Assembly (NCBI GenBank): GCA_951406725.2
Contig: OX597819.1
Span: 69,998,001-70,062,000 of the forward strand
Reading direction: 5' to 3'
Source of the DNA: Octopus vulgaris
Taxonomy: Eukaryota
DNA length: 64,000 nt
The position numbers and the translations under genes were made by a program. Positions 52,212 through 64,000 of the stretch are shown in pieces; positions within the stretch are counted from its first letter, which is position 1; every line of letters starts with the position of its first letter. The notes under the pieces were generated by a model. That model was given only the letters and a program-made list of their open reading frames with translations. It was not told the origin of the DNA and did not search any database.

Positions 52212-54404
52212 TATTTCAAAACATTTGCCATAAAGGCAGTACACAGATTAAGTTAGCTTTGCGGGCTGGACGAGGACATTAATGAAGTGAATGATAATGA
52301 AAGAAAGATGATAAGGATGGGAGAAGACAGAAAGCGCCCGCCGACTTTTGCTTCTCTAAAACATTGTTCTTTTTAAAAAGATAAACACAAACGAGGTATA
52401 AAACGTCTTACAATTTTTCCCAATTTTTGGGCTTAGCAGTCCATTATTAATACAAAACGAGGTATTAATCCTCTTACAATTTTTCAATTTTTGGACTTAA
52501 GTCCATTACTAATAATACATATCGTCCTCGAAATAGCTTGTGCCCGCGCCCTCCACCATCAACCACGCCTCCCTCAGAACGTAGTCAAGTTCCGAGTTCG
52601 CGTCGCCCGGGACCAAGTTATAATCTTCGTTGAGCTCCTTTAGCCCTAGCGTCACGTCGAACGCCACGGCCTCCACAGCTACCTGCGGAGGCCATTCGGG
52701 GTCCTGTGTGAAGGCTAAAGGTGCTCCCTTGTAGTGCTCTTCCATCACTTTTTCAATTTCTCCTCCTCTATAGAAGAGGACCAACACATTTAGTTCTTTC
52801 GTTGGCGGCACAGTTTCCGCCAACGGTATTCCTTCTCTTGTCGGTGGCACAACCCCAACCGACGTAGTTCCGCGACATTCCGGTGCTACACTGACAGCCG
52901 GTAATGTCCCGTTTTTCTTCCTCTTTTTCTTTTTTTTCCCTTTTCAACTGAGGGAGGGTGCGTCTCCTCCGTGGCTGGAAGATTCGCCTTCCTCTCCTCA
53001 TCCCTATTATCCTTTGGTGAGCACCCATTGTTGCTCACCTACCTCTTTCGGCCTCTGTTTGAGAAGTCCTCTGCTTTCTCGGCCGTTATCGTTCCCTCTT
53101 CTAGAGGGGTTTTACTTAACTGTTCCGGGATCCTATTTTGTTCCCGAGGACAGTTCTTCTTTATGTGGCCGGACTCCAAGCACCGATGACACTTAGGGGG
53201 CGACCCTCAAGCATCACCGGGTACCTGCACCCGGCCATTTTCAAAAAATCTGGAAGAACCAGATTGGCTGATTGTGTCCACAGAGTCAAAATTGCTTTCG
53301 ACCCAACCCAAGCAGCCGCAGGAAGAACTTTTACATTGAGGAGCTTAGTTTCGCTGTCACCCAGACCCCGGCGGATAGTCTCCTCTATCCACTCGGGTTC
53401 TATGTCGGGTGGCAGTCCGCAGATCCAAGCTTTCATCAATTTCTTTTTTTTGTACGTGGGCAGGAATAAGATTTCCTTACCCTCCAAGGGTTTGCTAGCA
53501 AATATGCAAGCCTCTTCAGGGGTGTCAAATAGCAACCACACCGTTGCATATTTGACACCCCTGGAAATGAATTTAATTGTTGGCAAATACTCTTCCAACT
53601 CCTCCTCAATTGCCGTCTTTTCGAATAGGGCGATGGTGTCAAGTGCCTTGGAGTAGGTTCTCAACACCACCGTCCTATCTTCACGGTCTTTTAACCACTT
53701 TTTGGGTGGTATGATTTCCCACTCCAAAATTTTGTTATTTTTCATTGCCATGTTTTTTTAAAAATATATTCAAATTAAACTCAAAAGCAGGAAGAAAAAG
53801 TTCAAAAGTCTAAATAAAATTTGATAGATTTGTGAAAAAACAAAAAGGAGAAAGTACAACAGAAGGGAAGAAATTAACGGAAAGTCGCAATAAAGAAAAA
53901 AAAAAGGGGGGGGGGTTAAATAAAGTTCAAAAGAAAGTTAATAAACAGAAAAAACACAGCAAAAATATTCTGGCCTTGCGGTACTCCCGGCCTGGGTTGA
54001 ACCTGGAACGCCGCAACTGCAACACAACCTCCACAAAAATGGGTCCGAAAGGTAATCCAATAGTGGCTTATTTTTATAATTTTCTTGCGAAGTAGTAAAA
54101 CACAAGCAAACAAATTAATTTTTGCGGAGGGGCTACGCCTCCTCAAAAAGCACAATTCTCACTAAAGAGTGAGACCTTAGACACGACAACAGGCAGAGAA
54201 ATATATCTGAAGTAAAGTGAAGTCTATTACCCGCAAAAAAATATTAATGCTAGATAACGTTAACTGCTAAATAACATTAAGCAAGCAATAAACTTCACTA
54301 TGCTTCTAAAAATACAGAACGTCTTACCTGTCACCGAGTCAAAAGTTCAACATTTCACGTTCAAACACGTGACATTTGCAGGAGCAAAATACAACACGTC
54401 TGTC
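52212..54404 (-). mobile_element. ORF1-only (HAL1-like) L1/Tx1-related non-autonomous retroelement
   Basis: Flanked by duplicated aagctactt (52203-52211 and 54412-54420). Has a ~650-nt 5' UTR, a gag-like ORF1, a short 3' UTR with AATAAA at the junction, and no RT. Confidence 0.72.
52509..53751 (-). pseudogene. L1/Tx1-like ORF1 (RRM-like region + CCHC zinc knuckle), frameshifted
   Basis: ..KAWICGLPPDI..LPDFLKMAG..PVMLEGRP, then after a frameshift at ~53195 KCHRCLESGHIKKNCP (CX2CX4HX4C), followed by a charged linker. Several frameshifts. Confidence 0.75.
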
Positions 54405-54440
54405 TGGTAAGAAGCTACTTACCACACAGCCACTCCTGCG

Positions 54441-54526
<86 letters not shown>

Positions 54527-54681
54527 TATGCATGCATGTATGTATGTATGTATACATGTATACATATATGTTTATATATAAGTTCAGTAAAAATTTAGAT
54601 TCAGTTGAATATGGTACTTAGGTTAAAGGTACCATAATTTGGTATGGTATTATCCATATAATTCAAAATGGGGTGATTACA

Positions 54682-54961
54682 ATCAAAATAAGCAACAAAG
54701 ATATCCAAATGTAATGCAGTACGATCGTTTCATGTGACTTTATTTAATTAAACAATCTGTCTATCTAATTACCTTTTTGTGATGTTGGTAAATGGAATAA
54801 GTATAAAAATGAATCTTTTCAATTTAGCTAAAAATTCCATATGCAGCTGAAGATTGCTCTACATTTTAAAACTGATGTAATACTTGCATTGTTTAATTAA
54901 ATGAAGTCGCATGAAACGATCGTACTGCATTACCTTTTGATATCCTTGTTACTTATTTTGA
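54682..54961. mobile_element. MITE-like element with ~72-bp inverted arms
   Basis: tcaaaataagcaacaaagatatc..gtaatgcagtacgatcgtttcatgtgactttatttaattaaacaat pairs with 54889-54961. Confidence 0.75.
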
Positions 54962-55076
54962 GTATATTTATATATATATATTTATATATATATATATATG
55001 CATTTATGCATGTATATATATATATATAGTAAATCCCAAAATGAAGAACAAACAAAAAACAACGCGAAGACGTGAT

Positions 55077-55259
<183 letters not shown>

Positions 55260-55538
55260 TATATATACATATATGCCTTCGAAACGTGGAGTAGATGAAA
55301 CAGCGACAACTGAAGAAGGGGAATATTCTTTATGTTGCATGTCTCGTTTATCTGTTAGGTTTTTTTTGTTGTTCGAAAAAAAGTTCGTTTCTATGTTTTT
55401 GTTTTATGTTTTCATTTCTCATTGTGTTCAACGTTTTTTTTTTATGTCCTGTACCCATATATGCATGTATACATACATATATACATAGGTATGTACATAT
55501 ATGTATGTATATATGCATATATATATTATTTATATTAT

Positions 55539-55572
<34 letters not shown>

Positions 55573-55674
55573 TATGTATGTATATATATATATAACGGGA
55601 AGCTTTATGAAAATAAACAAAAGACGAAGGCAGGTGGAAAACAAACGAACAATTGTATTAGTATGGCGCTCAGG

Positions 55675-57420
<1,746 letters not shown>

Positions 57421-57605
57421 TTAGAAGCAAGACAGCTGCGACATAGGCCACGTCTTTCTAATTGAAAATCAGAGTAAACTGTGAAACAGGTTAAAGCTTT
57501 AAATATCTTAATAAAAAATATTTTAACTATTCTCAGTGCATTTTCAGCTTCTATTTTTCCAATATTTCTACCCGCGTAGAATAAAATATCTTTGTTTTCT
57601 ATGTA

Positions 57606-57904
57606 TAAGGGGTAAAGACCCCCTTCGGTCATGAATGACCATGGGATTGCATCTAGAAAGTTACCCTCCCAGGCACAAGTCCAGGCAAGGTTGTTTATGG
57701 AAGACCAGCAGTCGCCCATGCATACCAGCCTCTCCTCTCCACGCCACCAGTGTTATCCAAGGGAAAGACAAAGGTCGATACGGCTTGGCACCAGTGACGT
57801 CGCAACTCATTTCTACAGCTGAGTGAACTGGAGCAACGTGAAATAAAGTGCCTTGCTCAAAAACACAACACGCAGCCCGGTCCGGGATTCGAGGTCACAA
57901 CCTC

Positions 57905-57905
<1 letters not shown>
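57606..57905 (-). mobile_element. SINE family C-related
   Basis: cagctgagtgaactggagcaacgtgaaataaagtgccttgctcaaaaacacaacacgc..gggattcga. Confidence 0.75.
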
Positions 57906-57994
<89 letters not shown>

Positions 57995-58155
57995 TACATA
58001 TATACATATATACACACATATAAATATATATGTATATACAAACATACATATATATATACATATATATATATTTATATATATACATATATACACACATAAA
58101 TATATATATACATACACATATATATACACATATATATATACATATATACATATAT

Positions 58156-58225
<70 letters not shown>

Positions 58226-58289
58226 GACACCTGAAAGATTACTCAATACATTTTAGTAGAACGCATATTTATTAAACTTTTACAAGAAA

Positions 58290-59262
58290 AAGAGTTGACA
58301 ATTACTACGAAGTTTCGGTTCACTCGCCTTCGTCCGACTGTGTTATATTGGTTCTTTTGACATTTTACAGTCTTGACTTGCTTTTTGCGTGTTAGGTGGA
58401 GCTATGTGAAATAATAATTAGGTGTCGTGTAAGTAAGTCGGTGAAGTAGACGTATAGGAAGATGCGATAGAAGAGGATAAGAGAAAAGTGTGTGTTTGTA
58501 GGGCGTGAGCTTATAGAAAGTTATTGTGAGCAGATTGTTTCTTGTTTGATGTGGGAATTGTGCTATTGTGTAGGATTCGATGACGCGTGGAAGTAACTGT
58601 ATAAAAAGGTGAAACAAATTCAGACGTGTCAGATTCATATCACGATTTTCTGTGTATAGATAGCTGTTTCTTGCTGAGTTTTAGGGTTTTCAAAGGAATC
58701 TCTGTCGATGAATTTGGTGGTTGCCCAGCATACGTCAGACTAAGGCTGAACAGAATCTGATATTATTTGATTCTTTTAAGCAATTTTGAACGGTCTTTTG
58801 GGAAAGACCTCTATGTTCAACAGATGGAACGACTCAACACGGCTGTTCAAGAGAAAAGACCTCATCGGCAGCATGGAATTCTTCTGCTGCATGACAACGC
58901 CCGCCCTCATATCGCCAATATGACCAAAGAAGCCATTCAAACGCATGGCTGGGAAGTGCTGCCACACCCACCGACCTCTACTGATTTGGCACCAACGGAT
59001 TTCCACCTCTTTCGATCTCGTTCAAATGGTATGCACGGAGTTTCGTTCAATACTGATACAGAATTGAGAGCTTAGTTCGCTAAATTTTTTGAGTCGAAAT
59101 CGGGTGATTTCTACCAACGAGGTATTGAAAATCTTGCTGAACGTTGGGAAGAAGTTGTGAACAAGGGTGAATACATTATTGATTAATTAGCTGTTATTTT
59201 TTATTAAACCTTTTAAAAATTTAAGTTTAATAAAATGGCGGAAACTTAGTTGCTAACCCAAT

Positions 59263-59306
<44 letters not shown>

Positions 59307-59680
59307 TACTTTGTATACACGTTTTTAAGCGGGTATTTGTATTAGGAACCCTATTACTCCATGTGAGTGATTCTGCAGATTGTTTCTTTGTCTGAAACAT
59401 TTTGTACGTCTTGTAGTTCATAAGTGTATAACTTTTAAATAATTATAGTAAAGTTTAAGTTGGAAGCTATAACTTTGGTTTTTAGTATGAAGAGGATTTG
59501 TAGACGGGTAAGGGAAGCGGGTTACATATTATAATGTTTACCTATTGGAATAGCCTATAGGTTTAAAATATCTTGGAGCTTTGAAGATTTTGTGTTTGCA
59601 GGAAGAAGACTTGATGAACAATTTTAGACCATTAGATTTAGCTGCAGTAGCCATCAGTGAGACTAGAATTTCCAGATCCC
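58290..59680 (-). mobile_element. Possible decayed Penelope-like element interrupted by a mariner fragment
   Basis: Weak GIY-YIG-like traces (G..IQIP; KETAIY..NRD) and a decayed hammerhead CGGACGA-A-GG..CC-GAAAC-TTC-GTA at 58301-58340. Confidence 0.35.
58745..59263 (+). mobile_element. mariner (DD34D) 3' fragment with right TIR
   Basis: LLHDNARPH..GWEVLPHPPTSTDLAPTDFHLFRS..FYQRGIENLAERWEEV; TIR cggaaacttagttgctaacccaa|TA. Confidence 0.9.
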
Positions 59681-59759
59681 ACCACACAATCACACAATCA
59701 CACACACATACATACACACACACTCATCCACATACATACATAAGCACACATATATCTAT

Positions 59760-59930
59760 ATGACAGGATTCCACAGAGTTTTCCTCTACCAAATTCACTC
59801 ACAAGACGTTAGTCGACCCCCAGGCCATAGTAAAAGACACTTGCCGGAAGTGACGCACAGTGAACCACAGCCGAAACCACGTGGCTGCAAAGGCGAGCTT
59901 CTTAACTACATAACCATGTTTATGCCTATA
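59760..59930 (-). mobile_element. SINE family A 5' fragment, decayed
   Basis: ctaccaaattcactcacaag..atagtaaaagacacttgcc. Confidence 0.7.
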
Positions 59931-59952
59931 TACACCCCCACACATTCAAACA

Positions 59953-60008
<56 letters not shown>

Positions 60009-60114
60009 TACTTATATACATACATACCTATATATATATATATATATAGACCTCGTGAGTACCGCTGGCGATTTTTTCCTCTGTCTTCCTTCTCGGGATC
60101 TCTCCTTCTCCTAT

Positions 60115-60149
60115 GTTTCCGACGAAGAGCTCCGCTCGAAACATTAAAC
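60115..60149 (+). ncRNA. Hammerhead-like motif (variant)
   Basis: GTTT-CCGACGA-A-GAGC(tcc)GCTC-GAAAC-ATT-AAAC. Stems I and II are intact, with two core or helix III substitutions. Confidence 0.5.
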
Positions 60150-60251
60150 CCTCCGTCTTCCCTTCTTTCCTGAACGTCCAATAATACTTTATTTGTTCCA
60201 CGTCCTCGCGTTGTTATGTTTTTTTGTTTTTTTGTGTTTTCTTGTTTGGAT

Positions 60252-60323
<72 letters not shown>

Positions 60324-60412
60324 GGGAGAGTTTACGAAAAAACAAAAGACGAAGGCAGATGGTGTACAAAACAAACAAATGTATTAGTATAACGCTCAGA
60401 AATAGAAAAAGT

Positions 60413-60448
60413 CTTTTACGTTTCGAGCCTGCCGTATTCTGCAGAAAG
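60413..60448 (-). ncRNA. Hammerhead-like motif, decayed (family of 22439)
   Basis: CTTT-CTGCAGA-..GCTC-GAAAC-GTA-AAAG, with stem II broken. Confidence 0.4.
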
Positions 60449-60652
60449 GGACACAGAAAAAACAAGAAGAGAAAAAAATGTGTGTAGTGGCGAACGATCT
60501 ATCATGGTATATATACGTATATATATATACAAACATACGTATATACATACATGCCTATATATACAGGTGTTTTCGCTCAATAAACACTCACAACGCCCGG
60601 TCTGGGAATCGAAACCGCGATCCTACGACCGCGAGTCCGCTGCCCTAACCAC

Positions 60653-62350
60653 TGAGGTAATGTAAATAAATAAATACATATATAGACGTGAAGATGGAGG
60701 GGCGAGAATTCGGGACCAGGGATAAAAAGTGTATAAAAGGTGTAAGTATAGAAAAATATAAAAATGTAGAGCATAAAGATATAAAGAGTTATAAGGAGAT
60801 GTAAAGGGGGTATAAAGAATATAAAGAAATATAAAGAAATATAAATAAATGTAAAGGCATAAGGTTATAAAGTAAAAATAGAAATAGAAATAAAAGTAAA
60901 AAAAACATGATAAAAACATGATAAAAATGTAAAAGAATGTAAAGATAAGGGATGTATAGAGGTTACGGACCAAGCATGGTAGTCAGGAGATTGATAAAAT
61001 TTAGTTGTAGAATTGTCAGTAAATCAACAGTTTCGTCTGGGGACCTAATGTGTTGTAAATCAGAGCTGATGAGCATTTAATCTGGTTTCTTGAATTAAAT
61101 GGACTTCTAGTACATACATATCATCATGGATACATACACCCACATACACGCGTACATATACGCCTCCAAGCCTATAAGCATACACACGCACTCGCGTGTA
61201 AACATGTACATAAACACACACGCACCCACACGCACGCGCGTATACATACATACAACAGAATATCCGCATGTATACACGGACACTATACGCGTACACACTC
61301 ACATGTACATACGCGCGCCCGTCTCTACATACACACACGTATATGCCCACGCCTCTAGGTCTAGATATAAGATATTAAAGGATGTATATAAGAACGTATG
61401 TAAAAAGTCACGTACTCATGTCCATACGTGCACGCACACACGGCTGTGTGTCCGTATGCGCGTGCACATATACACTCACATACACACACAGAGACACACG
61501 CGCATATGGGTATAGCTATAAGATATCGAAATATGTATGTACATATATGCGCGTGCATATGTATGTATGCATATACACACGTACGCGGACGCTCGTATAG
61601 TCAAAAAGTGGATCCATAGGTAAGTAAATAAACATATATAGAGGTGTAAAGCGATAAGTTAGGGGTAAGAATGAGGGTAAGGGTAAACATTAGAAATAAA
61701 AAATACAGTATAAAATAAGAAATACAATGTAATAGTTAGAAATGAAATATAAGAATTATAAAAATTATAAGAGTTAAGGTAAGGGATGAAAATAAAAATG
61801 AGAATAAATGGAAGCAGAATAAAAGTAAAAATAAAAATAAATGGAAGTAGGATAAAAGTAAAAATAAAAGTAAAAATAAAAATAAAATAAAATAAAATAA
61901 AAATATAATTTGGTAAAGTTTAACATGAGATGAAGGTGGTTGAAAGTTAGAGGTGTGTGTTAAACGTAGGGGCGGGCGGGGGGAACTGAAAATTGGAAGG
62001 GTGGGAAGTGGAGTTTGGCGGTGTGCGTTCAACATCCGAGTTAGAAATGTGAAAGGGTATAGATATAGGGAATTAAAGAGGCGTGTTTTTATCATGTTTT
62101 TTTTTACTTTTATTTCTATTTCTATTTTTACTTTATAACCTTATGCCTTTACATTTATTTATATTTCTTTATATTTCTTTATATTCTTTATACCCCCTTT
62201 ACATCTCCTTATAACTCTTTATATCTTTATGCTCTACATTTTTATATTTTTCTATACTTACACATTTTATACACTTTTTATCCCTGGTCCCGAATTCTCG
62301 CCCCTCCATCTTCACGTCTATATATGTATTTATTTATTTACATTACCTCA
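60653..62350. mobile_element. 1.7-kb non-coding element bounded by 266-bp near-perfect inverted arms
   Basis: 60653-60918 versus 62084-62350 differ by about one substitution and one A-run indel. No TSD and no credible ORF. Confidence 0.8.
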
Positions 62351-62504
62351 ACATCCAGTTTTCCTCATTCTACATTGAGAGAAGAAAGAGATGGACGCTT
62401 CAATTCAATGCTGCTGCCGCATTATGTCGTGCGCGAATGAGAGGATTTGCATCCCCAACCAAGAATTTTTGATGTAACACATGTCCTTGTGGAAGCTGTT
62501 GTGC

Positions 62505-62582
62505 GCGGCTGAAGAAGGCCACAGACATACATTATGCATTGTTATAAATCTGTCTAATAAAGGCCCGAAACATATGTACCGC
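62505..62582 (+). ncRNA. Type-I hammerhead ribozyme motif
   Basis: GCGG-CTGAAGA-A-GGCC..agaca..tgtct..GGCC-C-GAAAC-ATAT-GTA-CCGC: canonical core, palindromic ACATATGT helix III, and an A-C mismatch at the base of stem II. Confidence 0.72.
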
Positions 62583-62619
62583 TGAATCCTTCGCATCATG
62601 TTTTTATTTTATTTTGATC

Positions 62620-62669
<50 letters not shown>

Positions 62670-62698
62670 ATATGTATATATATATATATATATGTGTG

Positions 62699-62774
<76 letters not shown>

Positions 62775-62777
62775 ATA

Positions 62778-62844
<67 letters not shown>

Positions 62845-63336
62845 ATATACACATATATATATATACATATATCAGTTTTGATTATTAAATATAAAAAGTA
62901 AATAAGCAGATTATTATGAAACAAAATGTTACTTTAATGCATTGGATTCGGGCTCTGTTCCAATAAATGGCTACAACTTTTAAGTTAGTTGCATTTACGG
63001 TCCGTTTCATATTCTATTTTCTTTCCTTGGTGTAAAACTATTAAATGTACGTCTGTAAATACATAAAATATTGAGTTAATGGAATCAAGATAGTAACTGC
63101 CATTGTGTTACATAGTGGGGAATGTCTCTCGTGATTTTGCAAATTTTAAGATAAATACTTTACTCCTTAACCGTATAAAAAATAAGTGAAAATGAATATA
63201 TATCAAGTGTGTGTATACAAATGCGTTTGTATATCTAAATTTTGTGTAATAATTGCATGTGTATGTGGATATATGTATGTATTTGTGTATGTGTGTATGT
63301 GTGTACGTATGCACGTATAGACCATGTATATGTGTG

Positions 63337-63390
<54 letters not shown>

Positions 63391-63393
63391 CAT

Positions 63394-64000
63394 ACGAGGT
63401 CTGATCAATAAGTATCTGGACTGTTACTATAGTAACGTAACTGAAGCCACTTGGCAAACATTGACCGTTAGACTCTGTTGTGCATGCGCACTAAGTTTTA
63501 ACGTACTAGCTCACTTTCGTTGTTTACAGAAGTGCTTGGAAGGAATGTGTGTAGTGTGTGACCGTTACATTGACCATGACAGAGAAAGTTGTCATGGTTA
63601 TATATGCTCAGATACTTACGCAAAGTAGCAGAATGTGTATGGAGAGGGGGGGGTGAGCCGCACACAAGTGTATGGGTGGTGCAGACGTTTCCAAGATGGC
63701 CGAAAAATGTCGATATTGACGAACGTTCGGGAAACCCGCAACCAGCAGAACTGAGAAAAACGTGGCAGATATTCTGGCGGCTGTGGAGGGAAATCGTCGA
63801 ATCACCATCCGTGAGTTATCAGAGAATGTGCAGATTAGTTACGGTCCAGTTCAGTCCATTATCACTAAATATTTGGGTATGAGACGCGTGTCTACCAAGT
63901 TTGTGCCAAAACTGCTTTCAGCTCGCCAAACAGACACTCGGGTTTCAGTTGCACAAAATCTCCTTGATTGTGTCGAGAACGAAAACTTCTGGAAAACTTT
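63394..64000 (+). mobile_element. mariner transposon 5' part (runs off the window)
   Basis: TA|cgaggtctgatcaataagtatc TIR; encodes DERSG.P..NRRITIRELSENVQISYGPVQSIITKYLGMRRVSTKFVPKLL. Confidence 0.88.

Overview
AT-rich eukaryotic intronic or intergenic DNA, dense in (TA)n, (TAA)n, (CA)n, (TATC)n and (GGT)n microsatellites. The repeat repertoire resembles a coleoid cephalopod such as Octopus (my inference, not a database result). I found no confidently identifiable host protein-coding gene, and almost all of the supplied ORFs are microsatellite artefacts. The real coding remnants are all from transposable elements: a young 5'-truncated R4/Dong LINE with an intact RT-ZnF-REL ORF plus several Dong 3' fragments; a CR1/L2-type LINE; RTE and L1/Tx1 fragments; Penelope-like (GIY-YIG) remnants; mariner (DD34D) and maT (DD37D) relics; non-autonomous Helitrons; MITEs; and three SINE families. 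The most interesting observations are: (1) about ten type-I hammerhead-ribozyme motifs in short (TA)n-embedded non-coding elements, three nearly canonical; (2) an inverted duplication 4.3 kb apart with two near-invariant blocks around a candidate 27-nt microexon, possibly a long-range dsRNA or editing duplex; (3) an ORF1-only, half-L1-like element inserted with a TSD into a tRNA-derived SINE head; (4) a 5S rRNA head fused to a ~560-bp (TAA)n-embedded element whose other full-length copies share one precise 5' end; (5) a 266-bp near-perfect inverted-arm element. All alignments and folds were done by eye, and many boundaries are approximate.
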